A DNA stretch of 64,000 nucleotides, from positions 6,882,001 to 6,946,000 of the forward strand of contig NC_135250.1 of assembly GCF_964204865.1 (NCBI RefSeq), read 5' to 3'. The notes beneath the pieces were generated by a model, which had not been told where the DNA came from, ran no database searches, and saw only the letters and a program-made list of their open reading frames with translations. This stretch comes from Styela clava (taxonomy: Eukaryota). Positions 1-13,200 of this stretch are shown piece after piece (the first letter of the stretch is position 1; the number at the start of each line of letters is the position of its first letter). The position numbers and the translations under genes are program-made.

Positions 1-160
1 TGTAGTAATTCGTCATAGTTTTGTATGTATAATATATTTTATAAACTTTTCAGATCAAAACTTCGAAAAACAACATACCTAACAGGTATAAACTGTCGGG
101 TTTGATTCATGTACAGTTAACATAATGCATGGAAAGAATAAATACGATGGTCAGGATATT

Positions 161-1263
161 CTATTTTGCCTATCAAATATATAACATTACATTCACTCTC
201 TGTATCGATTTTGCATATATATATAAAAATATTGAATGGATGATATTAATATAAACATCTGAAAATACCCTATCCGTGAACCAGCGATCGTCATGTGAGG
301 TCAAGGCTAGGTATCCAAGCAACGCAGTTGATGACGTTATCACAACTTCAGCGAGAACAAAAATGCTCATGATAGTTCCAATAACTATTCCCATAGATTT
401 GTTCTTTTCATCATAATAATCAACCTAAAATGTGCGAAACTTTTAGAAACTACCAAATGGTTTTCATTTGTCATTTTGACTGAAGTTTTGTTCAAATATT
501 CAAGACATTTGATTTGCTATGTTCGAAGCCAAAAAGTGACACGGTTTTTAATCATTCCGTCTTATTATACAGCAATATCCAGATATTATTTATTACTTGA
601 ATGGAGCAACATGAAGTGCATGGATGGACACGATACTCGGATCCAACAATTGCATATAAAAAGTATTACCTCTTGTGCGATAGACATTGTGATTACGGCC
701 ATCAGCGATATCGCCATTAAAACAGCAAGCGCTGAACATCCAAATGATATAGCAGCCTAAAAAGTTTGAAAAGACGTACTAAATTAAAAGTGCCGGAGGA
801 ATGAATTATCAGAAATTAACTATTTTCCAAATACAAACCACGAATCTGTCTTTTCGTTTGTAAGCAATAATAACGCCGAAACCGCTTAGCAATATCTGAA
901 ACAAAAGTACAGAAGAAATTACCAATTTAATGTCAATTTACTATTGTCAATACCCACAAAATAATTCTCCAAGTTTAAATTGTTTCCACACTTGGGGTAT
1001 TGGCTAAAACTTTGATAACGTTATAAGCGAGCTTGTGTTCTTGCGCTCAGTATTTTTTTTTTTATGAAATCCATAGTGCTGTACAAAGCATAATATATAC
1101 TCACCAGAAGTGAAATCCAAACAGGAACACCGGGTGCACCAAGGAAAGATGGCGATGGAGAAGTCAATTCTTTAAATTGGCAGAAGATTGCAAGTAAATC
1201 AAGTATAATCAACATCACCCCTAAAAAATCATTCAAACCAAATCGCCTATGGCATTTGCACAT
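161..1263 (-). CDS. MS4A/CD20-like four-transmembrane protein (about 155 aa, 5 exons)
   Basis: Exons 1263-1105, 895-839, 756-670, 424-269 and 169-161 are joined by phase-0 GT-AG introns. They give MCKC..LGVMLIILDLLAIF..GVPVWISLL|ILLSGFGVIIAYKRKDRFV|AAISFGCSALAVLMAISLMAVITMSIAQE|VDYY..IMSIFVLAEVVITSSTALLGYLAL..DR|AK*. Four hydrophobic helices, a GxPxW motif, a SG in TM2 and a Glu in TM4 match the CD20/MS4A pattern. The start is uncertain because an AG lies directly before the ATG. Confidence 0.7.
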
Positions 1264-1268
1264 CTAGT

Positions 1269-1758
1269 TTAATTAGCGAGACTAACTACAGTATATGGAT
1301 AGAATATTTCATGCCGTATTTTATCAGGTGGGAGAGACTGAGAGGATAATTGTTGTTAAAGGAAGGGTTCAAAAACGCGTGACAAATCAAATGCAAGTCA
1401 ACAGTTCTGACGATTGAATTAGGTTTTTGCCCTGAAGTCACAGGGAATTCACTGACTATGTGACAATATGCCCTAAAAATCAAACCCGCGGCGGTCCATA
1501 TGCCAACCCAATTGCGCCACAGGAGGAGGCCATTATGATTTCAAACAGAAATAATTTGACAATATGGACATAAAAATAATTATTAATATTAGATCAGAAC
1601 TACCTACCGCACCCGGCCTGCGCTATTCCAAATGTCAAAATCTTAGGGCTCTGATTAAATTGCACTGTATCCCCGGGTCGCATAACACGAAGATACCATA
1701 TCTGAAAACTTGTACAATATGTGTCGCAACATCCAGGATCCACTGATATTTCCGACAT
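1269..1758 (-). pseudogene. Degenerate, internally deleted MS4A-like paralogue
   Basis: ATG at 1758 reads MSEISVDPGCCDTYC...SPKILTFGIAQAGCG (TM1-like). A TM4-like stretch LFLFEIIMASSCGAIGLAYGPPR follows in another frame, then a short terminal exon ending TAA at 1271-1269. No middle exons were found. Confidence 0.35.
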
Positions 1759-2803
1759 TTTTAGTCCAAGTTAGTAATCTGATCTTCAGTTGTTTGTAAA
1801 TTGTGGAATGTCGATATCGGCGAATAGTAATCACAAATTGTTCAGAAAAACAAAAACAAAAAACTTCTAAATTGCTTTTAAAAATCAAATTGGAGCTATA
1901 TCTTCATTTCTGAAATAGAAACGCTGACGTCACTTACGGAGACAATCACACAGAACATTATTGTTGTACAGAATGGGGTACTTGAAAATCAAAAGCAGTG
2001 TTTTCATTCCACGTAGAACCTCAGAAATTAGGTTTTCTTCATAAGATAGTATCGTAATCTACATGTACGTCAATGGTGCTCAATTCAATGTAAGTTATGT
2101 TTCGTAGAAATGTTTCATTCTTACGATAGAACTGAAAGCACTTCAGGTAACGTTCAGGTGTCTTCAAGTGTCCATAATAAACGTAAGTAGAATAATTTCA
2201 CACATAAATAAAATTGGTGTAATTGAACGAGTAATAATCACGATTACTCACATATGGAGGTCACATATTAGGAAATGAAGTGTTTATTTCCAGTTTAATT
2301 ATTAAAAATCTACATATTGTAAAAAGAGCATGGTTTTTTGCTTCGCCATAAGTATGCATAAACATGCCGCTTTTATTGATAGATTTAGCTTATCGCTTTC
2401 CGGAAAATCAATATTTGTCCATTTATCAATTCAAAAAAATAATAGTTTAGGACAAAACAAGACAGGGAGGCTCAAATTAATAGACACAGAGGTCAATTGA
2501 CTAGTATCAAAGTGACTAACTTCGGATAAACTGACCCTATTTTCAACGATATTTCCACAATTTATTGTCAAAATACGACAGAATATCCATCCGTATGTAA
2601 AGTGCGATGATGCAGAATCTAATCGCCTGTGTTACGCAATCGCCTGATGTCCCTGAGCTACAGCAAAAGTCTGGTCATCTACTTTTTCAATATCCTCAAC
2701 ATTGTATAACATCAAATTACATATATATATTAGATATAATATCCAGTTATTATGTAAATACAAGTAAATACAATTGGTTAACAAATATTTAGACATCAGC
2801 AGT

Positions 2804-5036
2804 TTAGTAAGCGATTGTTTCTGGCATGCTGAATTTATGACAACCGGATAAGTACAGGGGAAATGCGCTCCAGCCACCACCGATAGTAACAAGCTTGTTG
2901 TGAACTCGTAGAATGTCTTCTGCAGCGGGATGTGGATTACGACTGTAAACCCATGCATGCTTTGGACCTAAAAAGAGAGAATTGGAAAGCATTTAAAATT
3001 GTTCATGTAGAATAATCGACATTAATAAAATCGATTGATTTAAAATGGCAAAGCTGCTCACTTCTTCAATCAAATCGATCATGAAGTTGTCAGTTTTGAT
3101 TTCATCAATGGGAAACGTGATTTTGTTTGTCAATGTTTATAGGAAATGTTTTCGTGGTGTCAAAGGTCGGCAAAACATGCACTCTATCAACAGATGACAA
3201 CGAACGATCAGGTTCGGTGATCGATTTTATAAAAGGTAATTGCGAATCGAAATATCTTCCCAATAATGAAAATCCGACGTTTTTGAATAAATCTTCCACG
3301 CGACGCTTAAAGAACCTATTTAATAACATGATAATTTACGAACATTTGATTGAATTGCAGCTGAAAGTGTTCAGCTAAATTCAATACTGACCTTCTTCAC
3401 CACACTGCAAGCACATGAAATAATGCTCATAATCTGTGAAGCAACTCATCCGATGCTCATAAGCGTATCGAATCTCTGCATAACAAAAAAGTAGGTATAT
3501 TTATTGATACGTTTCTTCATTAAGAGTCCAACATCTTGTTTTAAAATAATATTTATCACCAAAGGCAGGGCAAATTAGGCATTTACGGACTAAGCAATGG
3601 GTGTATCTTCCCGGCTAATCCAAAAAATGGCACTTAAAAAAAGATTAAAAAAATTTATCATTGTTATATTCATTTTGAGTTACATTTTGAATTTTTGTTA
3701 TGATTGGCTCATTATATATATTTGCTACATAGTTGTTTTTGAAGTACATCTGATTTGATAAATTTTTTATCTAGAATAATTTTTAGCAATGTGAATTATA
3801 GTGATAATAATAGTTATCATAAAATGAAAGGTATCAATAAAACATTTTACCTTCCAAAACATGTTCATCTGCTCCGTTATGTTTTGCCCCATTCAACCAC
3901 AATAATTCTATAAAAAATATTCATTTGTTATAAAAGTTTAAAATACTTCAAATATAAATTTAATAAGTAGAACATTTTACGTGCCAAAACGTGTGTCGTA
4001 TCTTGTGATTGAAGTTCCATTTTGATACCAACGGAATGGTATGACTTCGTTGATTGACATTGTACCTCTGCATAGAAAAATCATGTTAATCGTAAGCCCT
4101 TACACAAAAAGCTGAAACTTTCATTTGTAACTTCCTTTATTTCAGTCGTGAAACATTTATTTATAAAAAATATAACGTATACCGCTCCCGTTATTGGTTT
4201 ATCGGATACCCGGTGGAGCAATTCCCTGCGTCTGCAGAATTCGTTCTACTATTATTTGTTACACTAGTTTGTCGGATGTTACAACTTTTATAAATCTTAA
4301 ACTCAGAAAATATCGGACATATTTCTTCTGAGAAAAATGATAGATTTATAGTCCTGATTAGGGTGCAAACATAACTCAATCCGTAAAAAACTCAATACTA
4401 ACCGGGCGAAAACGTTAAAAGCAATAATACGTCGGTATGTTTCATTTTGATCTTAAAGTCAAGCCATTTCACCTATCTCTATCGTCCGAATCTATTCGCT
4501 ATTGTCAGTTGTTAACGCCGGTTAACATACTTATTTAACTTTCATAATTCCGAAGACCTATTGGGCAGTCCATACCAAAACAGATTAGTAACCTTTTTAC
4601 AATAAATTATTTTTGTATATAAAATTATTTACTTTTCCGCTGATGAAATATCCTGAAATTCTCCAAAAATTCCGTCGAGAGTTTCTTTGAAATACTTGAA
4701 CGCATAACACGGCACACCGCGTTCAAGTGGATCATTGGTGTTCAGTATGTGATACCAAGAATCAGGAAGCTGGAATATAGTGATACAAGATTTTTACAAA
4801 AGAAGCTGGAAAATTGAATGATACAGCTGGCGGCGCAATCAAACCCTTTCAGTCGTCAAATAATTTTCGTTCAACTCAATTCAATAATTTTTATGAATGC
4901 TCACCATATTATAATTGACTGCATCAAAAACGGGCAACGCGCAATTTTCGTTTTCACGACGGTATCCTGGTTTTCCAACTGCCGGATTGAACAACAAGCA
5001 AACTATCAAAATGGAGACACAGCTTAAGAAGATCAT
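2804..5036 (-). CDS. Secreted lipocalin (ApoD-like), copy A, intact, 218 aa
   Basis: Exons 5036-4905, 4769-4633, 4067-3985 (GC donor), 3907-3851, 3475-3392, 2967-2804. Translation: MIFLSCVSILIVCLLFNPAVG-KPGYRRENENCALPVFDAVNYNM|LPDSWYHIL..VPCYAF..|GTMSINEVIPFRWYQNGT..|ELLWLNGAKHNG..|IRYAYEHRMSCFTDYEHYFMCLQCGEE|GPKHAWVYSRNPHP..GCHKFSMPETIAY*. Signal peptide and all three lipocalin motifs (xxWY, TDY, WxxSR) are present. Confidence 0.85.
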
Positions 5037-6130
5037 TGTTACTCGTAAGACTTTCTTCAGCGAAATGATGAAATATGCTCAGATAAAGCAATATTAAATC
5101 GGGAATGTAGGCAAAAGGAAGTACTTCTCCACGTTTTTCTCACCTGCTGCTTAACATGCAATGCACTACGCACGTTTCCACTGCATGTTCAGCCTATGCA
5201 ATATCAAATTGCAGACGTTACGAGATTCTTTGCTTTTAAATAAGATCATTCTTGTCAATTCAGGGAAAGATAAGTCAAGATAGAACAAGGAGAGATGCTC
5301 AAGGATATGGACTCAAACAATCCTAAAATACTTGCACACAAATCACTACCTTCAAAGTGCCTAACTTCGTATGAAGGACTTAATTTCAAGGTAGCGTCAC
5401 CATCTTAAATCCGTTTTAAATTTACCGAATGATATATTTATTTGCTCGCATTTTATTTAAGAAATGTCGCTTTTTACCCGTGGTTAAAATGCATTCGAAA
5501 TAACTCCCATTGGCGACATAATGCAATGATATTGCTTGATGTTTTCTAAAATGTCATTCACATCATGGTATTTGTCTGCTTAACCTAAAACGCTAGAAAC
5601 TCTCACAAATGAGGCTTGTGGACTCGTTGTCGCATGCATATTAGTGCAACCGACCACCGACTAAGTCAATAAAAATAGATTGGACAAGCGTGGCATGCCA
5701 AGTGGTGGCGCAACGTACGCAAAACCAGCCCAACAACAACAATTTGGAGAAAATCGAGTTTCACCGGAAGATCCGCACGTAAAGTGATGCAGAATCCGGT
5801 ATCTACCTCGGCCGCACTATTGCTGTCGCCTGAAAAATCTTCACGAAAGTTGAAGTATGGCCGGCTGCTTAATCTACGATTAACCGTATGAGTCAAACTG
5901 ATACACACTTCAGACATGGTCCCAACAACTTGTGTTTTTTGCTAATGAAAAGACAAACAATTGTTAAATTATTATTGTTGAAGGTTATAGTAATTCCAAT
6001 TTGGTGTTGTCCCAAAGATGACCTTTCTTTTAACAAGATTTATGAAAAGATATTGTTCCGGCTTTGTTCAAATTCATCACGATTATTGCGTTAATTTTCG
6101 ATTCTCTTAACATTGTATAACATTAATTAC

Positions 6131-7152
6131 CAGTGGCGGCGCGTCAATAGGGCCAACCGGGGAAATGCCCCGGTTGTTTTTTCGATATAATAAAAAATAT
6201 TCGAAAAATACCTCAATATCGGTTGCACAGACTGTCTACACTAGCCATATTCTCCCGACATGGTTCATTTTTCGCTCGCAAAGCCTTCGCCGAACGTCGA
6301 CGGGGCGACGCCGATTTTGCCCCGGTTGCTCATTGTATATCGTATTCTCTCTTTTATCTTCCACTCGCCGCGTTTGTCTCGTTTGTTTTCTGTTTCTTTT
6401 ACTAAATCATCGGGGCCGATCGGGGCTAGCCCCGAAATTATGACGACACAATGCCGACGTTTCTTACAACAACGTGTTGACATATTCACGCATTCCTTCT
6501 CGTCGTTCGTTGGTTGCTTGAAGAGTTGATAGTTTCCTCGCCTTCGTTTTTGTCGCTTGTTTCGCTATTTGAATCAGTTAGAGACCTTTAGTCCATTTGC
6601 TTACGATTTTCCACATTCCTTTTGAGTTCCTCACTTCTTTCCGGCGTTATTTCTGGGATGCATGACTTTAATCAGCGCGTTATTGAGCATTTTGCTTCCA
6701 AGAAACCGCGGCGTGTTGCATATATGTTCAAGCAGTAGAAGTCTAGCAGCATATATATCTATGCGTGAGCGACGCATGTCCTTATCTTTGCATTAACTTT
6801 CCTTTCTTCATAGTAACGTTTTAAACCTTATTTTAGGTTTTGTCTGCTTTCCCGAAGTTTCTGTTAATATGTCATTGTATTTATCTGGGTAAATATTGCC
6901 TTTCCTTTTGAAAGAGGTTTCAAAATAAACTATGTCTATATTTATTAATCCCTTGACTTGGACCGGTTTTAAAGACACTTTCTTATCGTTAAAAATTGTC
7001 GCTTTTGCCGATTGGTTGTTACCGATGGAATGGTTTTTATACTCATAAAATGATGGGAGAACTTACAGCGCTCATCCTGTCCCCGTAGATGGGGGTGACT
7101 TGGTCCCGCAGTAGCTTGCCCCGGTTGTCAAAATGACCACGCGCCGCCACTG
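6131..7152. mobile_element. Non-autonomous hAT-like DNA transposon
   Basis: 14-bp perfect TIR CAGTGGCGGCGCGT and perfect 8-bp TSD TTAATTAC (6123-6130 / 7153-7160). The empty site is seen in the paralogous spacer near 36215. Confidence 0.85.
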
Positions 7153-7903
7153 TTAATTACATATATTGGATATGATATTGTGAAATTGAACACAATGTGG
7201 AACGCACCTTGTGGCTACTGTGACAAATTGTATTATCGTACCATTTTGTTTCTTCTTCGTGTCCATATATTTGAGCATCGCTCTCCTATAATAATTGTTT
7301 GATAATCGTAAACGCCTTTCTCTTTAAGTTTTGTGTGATGACGTCATCAAAATAAAAATTGCTTGACGTGGTTCCGTGATCAGATCTCGGTGATTTAATG
7401 GTCAGACTACTGTAAAAGTGTATAAAGATTGAAATTTCCAATTCACGTTGAAACTGAGTCAGGAAAAATGGATCATCGTTGCATGACCCGGAAAGCCACG
7501 ACAGCCCCTTTACCGCTATGGCACCGCGATACAGGTACTTTTTTTCGAGATATAAAATTTCATTCATATATAATTTCACCAAAGGAAAACTTGATTTTTA
7601 CTAGTTGGAAAAGAGTACAATTTGGTGAATGTTTCCCGGAGGTTCGAGATCTATGTATATGTGTAGGAAACATTTTAGTGGCGTCAAAGGTCAGCAAAAC
7701 ATGAACACTATAAACATATGACAGCAAACAATTAGTTTCGGTGATCGATTTTATATAAAATAATTGCTTCTTCCCATTAATTGAAATCCGTTTTTTTTTA
7801 AAAAATTTTCATGAGGCGCTAACGAATATATTTAATATTATAATATTATACTGATATTTGATTGTATTGCAGCTGATAGTATTTAGCTGGAATCAATACT
7901 GAC

Positions 7904-8698
7904 CTTCTTCACCGCACTGCAAGCACATGAAATAATGCTCGTAATCCGTGAAGCAACTCGACGGATGCTCCTTAAAGTAATGCATCCCTGCAATACAAAA
8001 AAGTGTATTTATTGATTAGATCTGTCACTATCTTTCTCTATGCATTAACGTTCGGCACAGATATCTAGTTAAAGAATGTAGCTTAAGAATACGTTTGTTC
8101 ATTAAGGGTTCAACATCGATTTTTTTTTTAACTTTGGCACAATCTTGTTTTAAAGTTATATTTATCACCCAAGACAGGGCAAATTAGGCATTTACGGACT
8201 GAAGAACGTCTGTATCTTTCCCAGATAATCCGAAACAAAAATTAAAGCGTATGCAAATACAACTTATTGTGAAAGGTAAATAACTATTCGTGGCACTCAA
8301 ATCAGTGAAATAAGTAAAAAGGATTCATTATTATATTCATTTTGAGTATTGTTATGATTGCCCTATTATATTTACTTGCTACATTGTTGTTTTCTGAGTA
8401 CATCTGATCTGATCAATTTTTTTTATCTAAAATGATTTTAAGCAACCTGAGTTACTGTGAAAATAAAAGTTATCATACGAATTTACCTTCCAAAATATGT
8501 TCATTTGCTCCGTCATGTTTTGCCCAATTTGACCACAAATATTCTGCAAAAAACTAATCATTTGTTATAATAGTTTGAAAGACAAATATAAATGTAATAC
8601 AATTTATTTACAAACCGAAACTTGTGTCGTATCTTATGATTGAGGTTCCATTCTGATACCAACGGAATGGTATGACTCCGCTAATTGAAATTATGCCT
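7904..8698 (-). pseudogene. Lipocalin fragment B (exons 3-5 only)
   Basis: Exons 8698-8616, 8543-8487 and 7987-7904 are open, but exons 1, 2 and 6 are absent. The region ~7600-8950 is a close inverted copy of the middle of gene D. Confidence 0.8.
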
Positions 8699-8959
8699 CT
8701 GCACAGAAAAATCTTGTTAAACATAAGCCGTTACTCAGAAAATTAGAAATTCCATTTGTAACTTCCTTTATTTTATTTAGATCATGAAACATTTATTTAC
8801 AAACGTTATATCGTATACCGCTCCCAATATTAAGTCATCCGATATCCGGTTTAGCAATTCGCTAAGTCTATATAATTCATTCTAGTACGATTTCTTACAC
8901 CAGTTCATCGGCTGTTACAACTTTTATAAATCTTAAACTCAGAAAATATTCGACATTCT

Positions 8960-9945
8960 ATCACATTCCGACTGATGCTAAGTGTCAATGGTGGCAACCC
9001 AAGTTTTCTAAATTGAAAAGCGGCAAAACTAAGAAAAAAACAGAGAACATCTTAAGTTTTGTCCCATGGTCCGCGACCGATTAAAAACGCTTTTTTAGAC
9101 ATTACAAATCGCAAAATTTCGGTTGCTACCTTAGTATACGTACACTGACATTTTCTCTCAGGATTTCTTGCTTTACTACCTCCACATTGGTACGTACAGT
9201 ACTGGAGCGCCGTAAGTGTTGTACGAGCAACTCAGATTTGTCGAATTCACAAAAATGCGAATCAAAACAAAATATAATCGGGAACTTTACCACGCATTTT
9301 TGTGTCCACGGATTGTCATAATATTTTCCGAGTAGTATTGCTTTTATTTCGTCAACACACCCGCAGATTAAAATGATCACAATTAAATTAATAATAAAGC
9401 AAGGCGATGAATATGTATTTTTAATTTACTGATATACTTTAAATATGTTTTTCATAAGTGCTAAATCAAATTGTACTTTCTGGAAATTTATAGCAGATAG
9501 TAGGATTTTTCTAACGGCGATAACAAATTCGCAAAATATATGTATCCAAACTAAATATAATCGGGTAATATATTCTCACATTATTATAGTCGCAGATTGC
9601 CGTGCTACTTCGAAGAAGTAATGCTTTCACCTTGTCGTAAATCGACGCAAACGCGAGTTACCATGTCCATGAATACAATCAAATTGAAATAGAAAGACAT
9701 TTATTATTCTTGTCGTAGTCATGGAAGGAATATTGTGCGACAGAAAAGGTTACTATGCACTAAAAAATTCGGAACGCGTAATTGCGGCGAAATTCCAATT
9801 TTGAAATTCGTTAAAATTCTGTTGTGGCTGGTTTTATATATTTTTTTCACACAGAGTACGGTTGCAATAAACACACATTGAGTTCGCAAAAGTTTTCGCC
9901 GTTGAGAAAATAGTCCGCGACCAAAAAAGGTTGGGAAACGCTGTG
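8960..9945. repeat. Dispersed TE-derived repeat with a hAT-like right end; related inverted copy at ~46600-47150
   Basis: Ends in GGTTGGGAAACGCTG (hAT-MITE-type terminus). 9260-9330 matches the reverse complement of ~47040-47110 and has an internal near-repeat at ~9550-9600. Confidence 0.45.
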
Positions 9946-10483
9946 CTAAAGATCAAGCAACAATTTGGATCCTTTCGTTTTTTTCTGTATTCATTGTATT
10001 CTCACGTAAAAACGACGACAGCTTGTGCCTTTGGATACATCGTAAATTTATACCATAATACTGTACAGTACTGTATAAGTGTTTCGGTTGCAAAATTGTC
10101 CTATGCAGCTCATTGAAATTTTGTCAGAGATTTTGTCTCTCCAGATATGGTAACCCTGCCGAGGGCTTATTTTCGGGAAATGTCTTATATTTTCATTAGA
10201 GAGTAGAGAATTACAAAATTTTCAAATTTACAAAATCTGAAAACCGAAATTCATTTAATTAATAAGTCACGCGTTTTTAATCAAAATAACTGCACAACAT
10301 AGATTATTATTCATTTAACGTGTAGGAGAGATTTCTCGCTATCGACTATAGGTCAGTGTTTCTTAAACTTTTTGAGCCGCGCCCCCTTTGAAATTTTAAA
10401 CTGCTTTTGTGATGGGCCGCATGTATTTTTGGCCTTCAAAATAAAAATTGAAAAGTATTTATCACATTACCCAATCAGTTCAC

Positions 10484-11396
10484 TTCCCGACGCTCCGTTA
10501 CGTTTCACCACATCCATCCCCAAAAATTTTGCAAATAATGATAATTTTTTTATGTAGGTTAAATTAAAAGACTTAAACATGTACTTAAATAAGTGAAAAT
10601 TTTTTTGCAAACCGAAACTCGCGTCGTATTTTGTAATCGAAGTTCCATTTTGATACCAACGGAATGGTATGACTCCGCTGATTGGCATTGTTCCTCTGTG
10701 TAGAAAAAATTATGTTAAACGTAAGCCCTTCATCAGAAACTAAAAATTCAATTTGTAACTCCCTTTACGTCAGTCATGAAACATTTATTTAAACAAGTAA
10801 TATCATAAATCACTCTCAGCATCAGTTCATCGGATATCGAATCATTCATCGAATTCATTATACTATGATCAATCATTCATCGAATTCATTATACTATGAT
10901 TTGTTACACCAGTTCGTCGGCTGTTACAACTTATATAAATCCTAAATTCAGAAAATGTCAGACTGAAAAAGCCAGATTTATATTCTTGATAGGGAAAACT
11001 TTAGCTCAGTATTGGAGTGCAAAATTAATTTTGGCTCAATCCGTAACCAACTCAATGCTGACCGGACGACAAAGTTAGAAGCAATGATACATCGGTGTGT
11101 TCCATTTCGGATCTAAAGTAGGCTACCCATTTCAAAAGTTCACCTATCTCTCTCTATTCGTTGGACTATATTCGCTATTGCCAGCTATTTACGCCGCTTA
11201 ATCCCGGTTGAAAAACTTGTTTATTTCCTATAATCCCAAAGAATCATAGGAAAGGGCTTACAGAAATCAATTAGCAATTAGGCCTGACCATTTTATAATA
11301 AATTATCTAAGGATATCAAAATTCTTTACTTTTCCGCTGATGAAATACCCTGGATTTCAGCAAAAATTCCGTCGAGAGTTTCTCTGAAATATTTGA
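10484..11396 (-). pseudogene. Lipocalin fragment C (partial exon 2, exon 3, short-type exon 4)
   Basis: Exon 3 at 10695-10613 reads GTMPISGVIPFRWYQNGTSITKYDASF. Exon 4 has a mutated acceptor. Exon 2 is cut at ~11396 by an inversion junction. Confidence 0.75.
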
Positions 11397-11485
11397 GCAA
11401 CATTGTAGACTTATGTACCGAACGTGAATGCATAGAGAAAGATAGTGACGGAGCTGATTAATTAATACACTTCTTTGCATTGCAG

Positions 11486-13200
11486 ATTTGCAGGACTCTT
11501 ATGAGCATCCGTTCAGTTGCTTCACAAATTATGAGCATTATTCCAAGTGTTTGCAATGTGATGGAAAAGATCATTATTTACTTCAGGTAAACATTTTACT
11601 CCTTTAATACAGAGAAATATCATGTATAATATTATATTCTCAAATGTTTCTCCGACTTTTGAACACAGACAAATTCTTTCTATACTTGCCATTGCGAAAT
11701 TTTTAGTGCTTATTGTGAGAGTATTTTCGCGAGTTGGCGCATGAAGAATGTATACATTTTAAACGTACCATTTTGTCCCAAAATGTTTAATCAATTATAA
11801 GACGTCCCTCTGCCCCGTTTCGGTGGTGTTTTTGATTATTGCCATGCAATTAAAATACTTCTGAGAACAAAATGAGCTGAGTTATCTGATTTATACTTAC
11901 CGTAGTTCCCCGTGTATAATACGCACTTCCGGTTCCGGATTTTATCTCCAAAATTCGGGGGTGCGTATTATACATTAGTATATCAAAATTTCAAAAAATC
12001 CTGATCGTTTTTTTACAAGCATTTGCCAAATACACATGTTTCCTTTTTGTCTTATTTCCATATGTGACAAAGCCCGTTATAACCAGATCATATGCTTGTT
12101 GCAGTAGAATCACACCCACGAAATGGACTATCTTGTCTAACAAAGGACAACGCATCTATTTCAATAACCAGTGTATATAAGTGATAAGAACGTCACTTCA
12201 AATCGATAGTTTAATTGTTGTTGTCGTCCAGACTGGCGTCCCTCATTACTTATCGATCTTAAGATCGGTAAGTATGTTGATAGGTATATGTCTGTCTGTC
12301 TGTCTGTTAGATGCACGCGATATCTCACGAAAGCGAGATTGGAACTGCTGCAGATTTTGCATGTGCATTCATAATATCTCGTACCAGAAGCCTACTAATT
12401 TTGGGCGAAGTATGTCGTATAATTAGCGAGTTCTCAATTAATTAGTGATGGGACACAAGGTTTTACTATGGAGTAATAGCGCTGTTTTGGGGATCCCCTA
12501 ACTTTCGATCGATAAGTCTTCGGTCTCTGACCGATATTCTCGTTTCTGTTTTGCCGTATCGGCAAAACTGAATGTTCCTAAATCATTTTTTCCTACTCTG
12601 CTTTGCAGCTTGTTTTGACCAATCTTGTTTTGATCAATTGGCAAACATATTAATAAATCACAGGGAAACTTGCTAGGCTGGCTTCTCGAAAATACCAAAT
12701 GCGGTGGGCGCAAGTGACCGAAGTGAGTGAGTGAATTCGACCATGCATATTATGCATGAACCTTTTATTGAATATTTTCATACACTCCACATCCTAAAAG
12801 AGTCCTGCGTGGGTGCGTGTTATACACGGAGAAATACGGTACATGTTGCAAACATAATGAAGACTAACAAATAACACTTTGAACTATGCAAACAAGCAAA
12901 GGTTTACAATCGTGCTCGAAAATCTATCTGAATGAAAAAGATGTCTAGGCGGCTGCTTAAGTTTAAGTTGTCACGTCACATCTTCTCACTCTTTGCTAAG
13001 TTGAAAATCACGTTGCCTTCATTATCGCATTAATACTGAGATTGAAAAGCAAGCTGGTTAGCATCCATTGTTACTTAGGAAAGGCGGCAGTTGTTGGCAT
13101 TTCCAATGCTGAAATTTAACACCGATCTTTTTGTATTGATTGGGTAATGTGATATATAGTTTTCAATTTTTATTTTCCAAGTCAAAAATACATACGGCCC
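11486..13200 (+). pseudogene. Lipocalin relic (exon 5 with dead donor plus exon-6 stub)
   Basis: 11486-11569 reads LQDSYEHPFSCFTNYEHYSKCLQCDGK and is followed by AT rather than GT. A degenerate exon-6 start at ~13181 is cut by a MITE end. Confidence 0.65.
11900..12839. mobile_element. Tc1/mariner-pogo-type MITE with a nested repeat
   Basis: TA|CCGTAGTTCCCCGTGTATAATACGCAC ... GTGCGTGTTATACACGGAGAAATACGG|TA, i.e. an imperfect 27-bp TIR with TA TSD. It is absent from the duplicated block near 55490 and contains a (TGTC)n-bearing insert at ~12250-12560. Confidence 0.75.

Noticed and set aside
4915-5097. Recurrent ORFs MTSSNTGNAQFSFSRRYPGFPTAGLNNKQTIK (also 15553, 22223, 32678, 39500, 60335)
   Set aside because: These are antisense shadows of lipocalin exon 1. 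The opposite strand has the ATG, signal peptide and GT donor.
10840-10900. 31-bp tandem duplication
   Set aside because: Ordinary slippage within a pseudogene intron.
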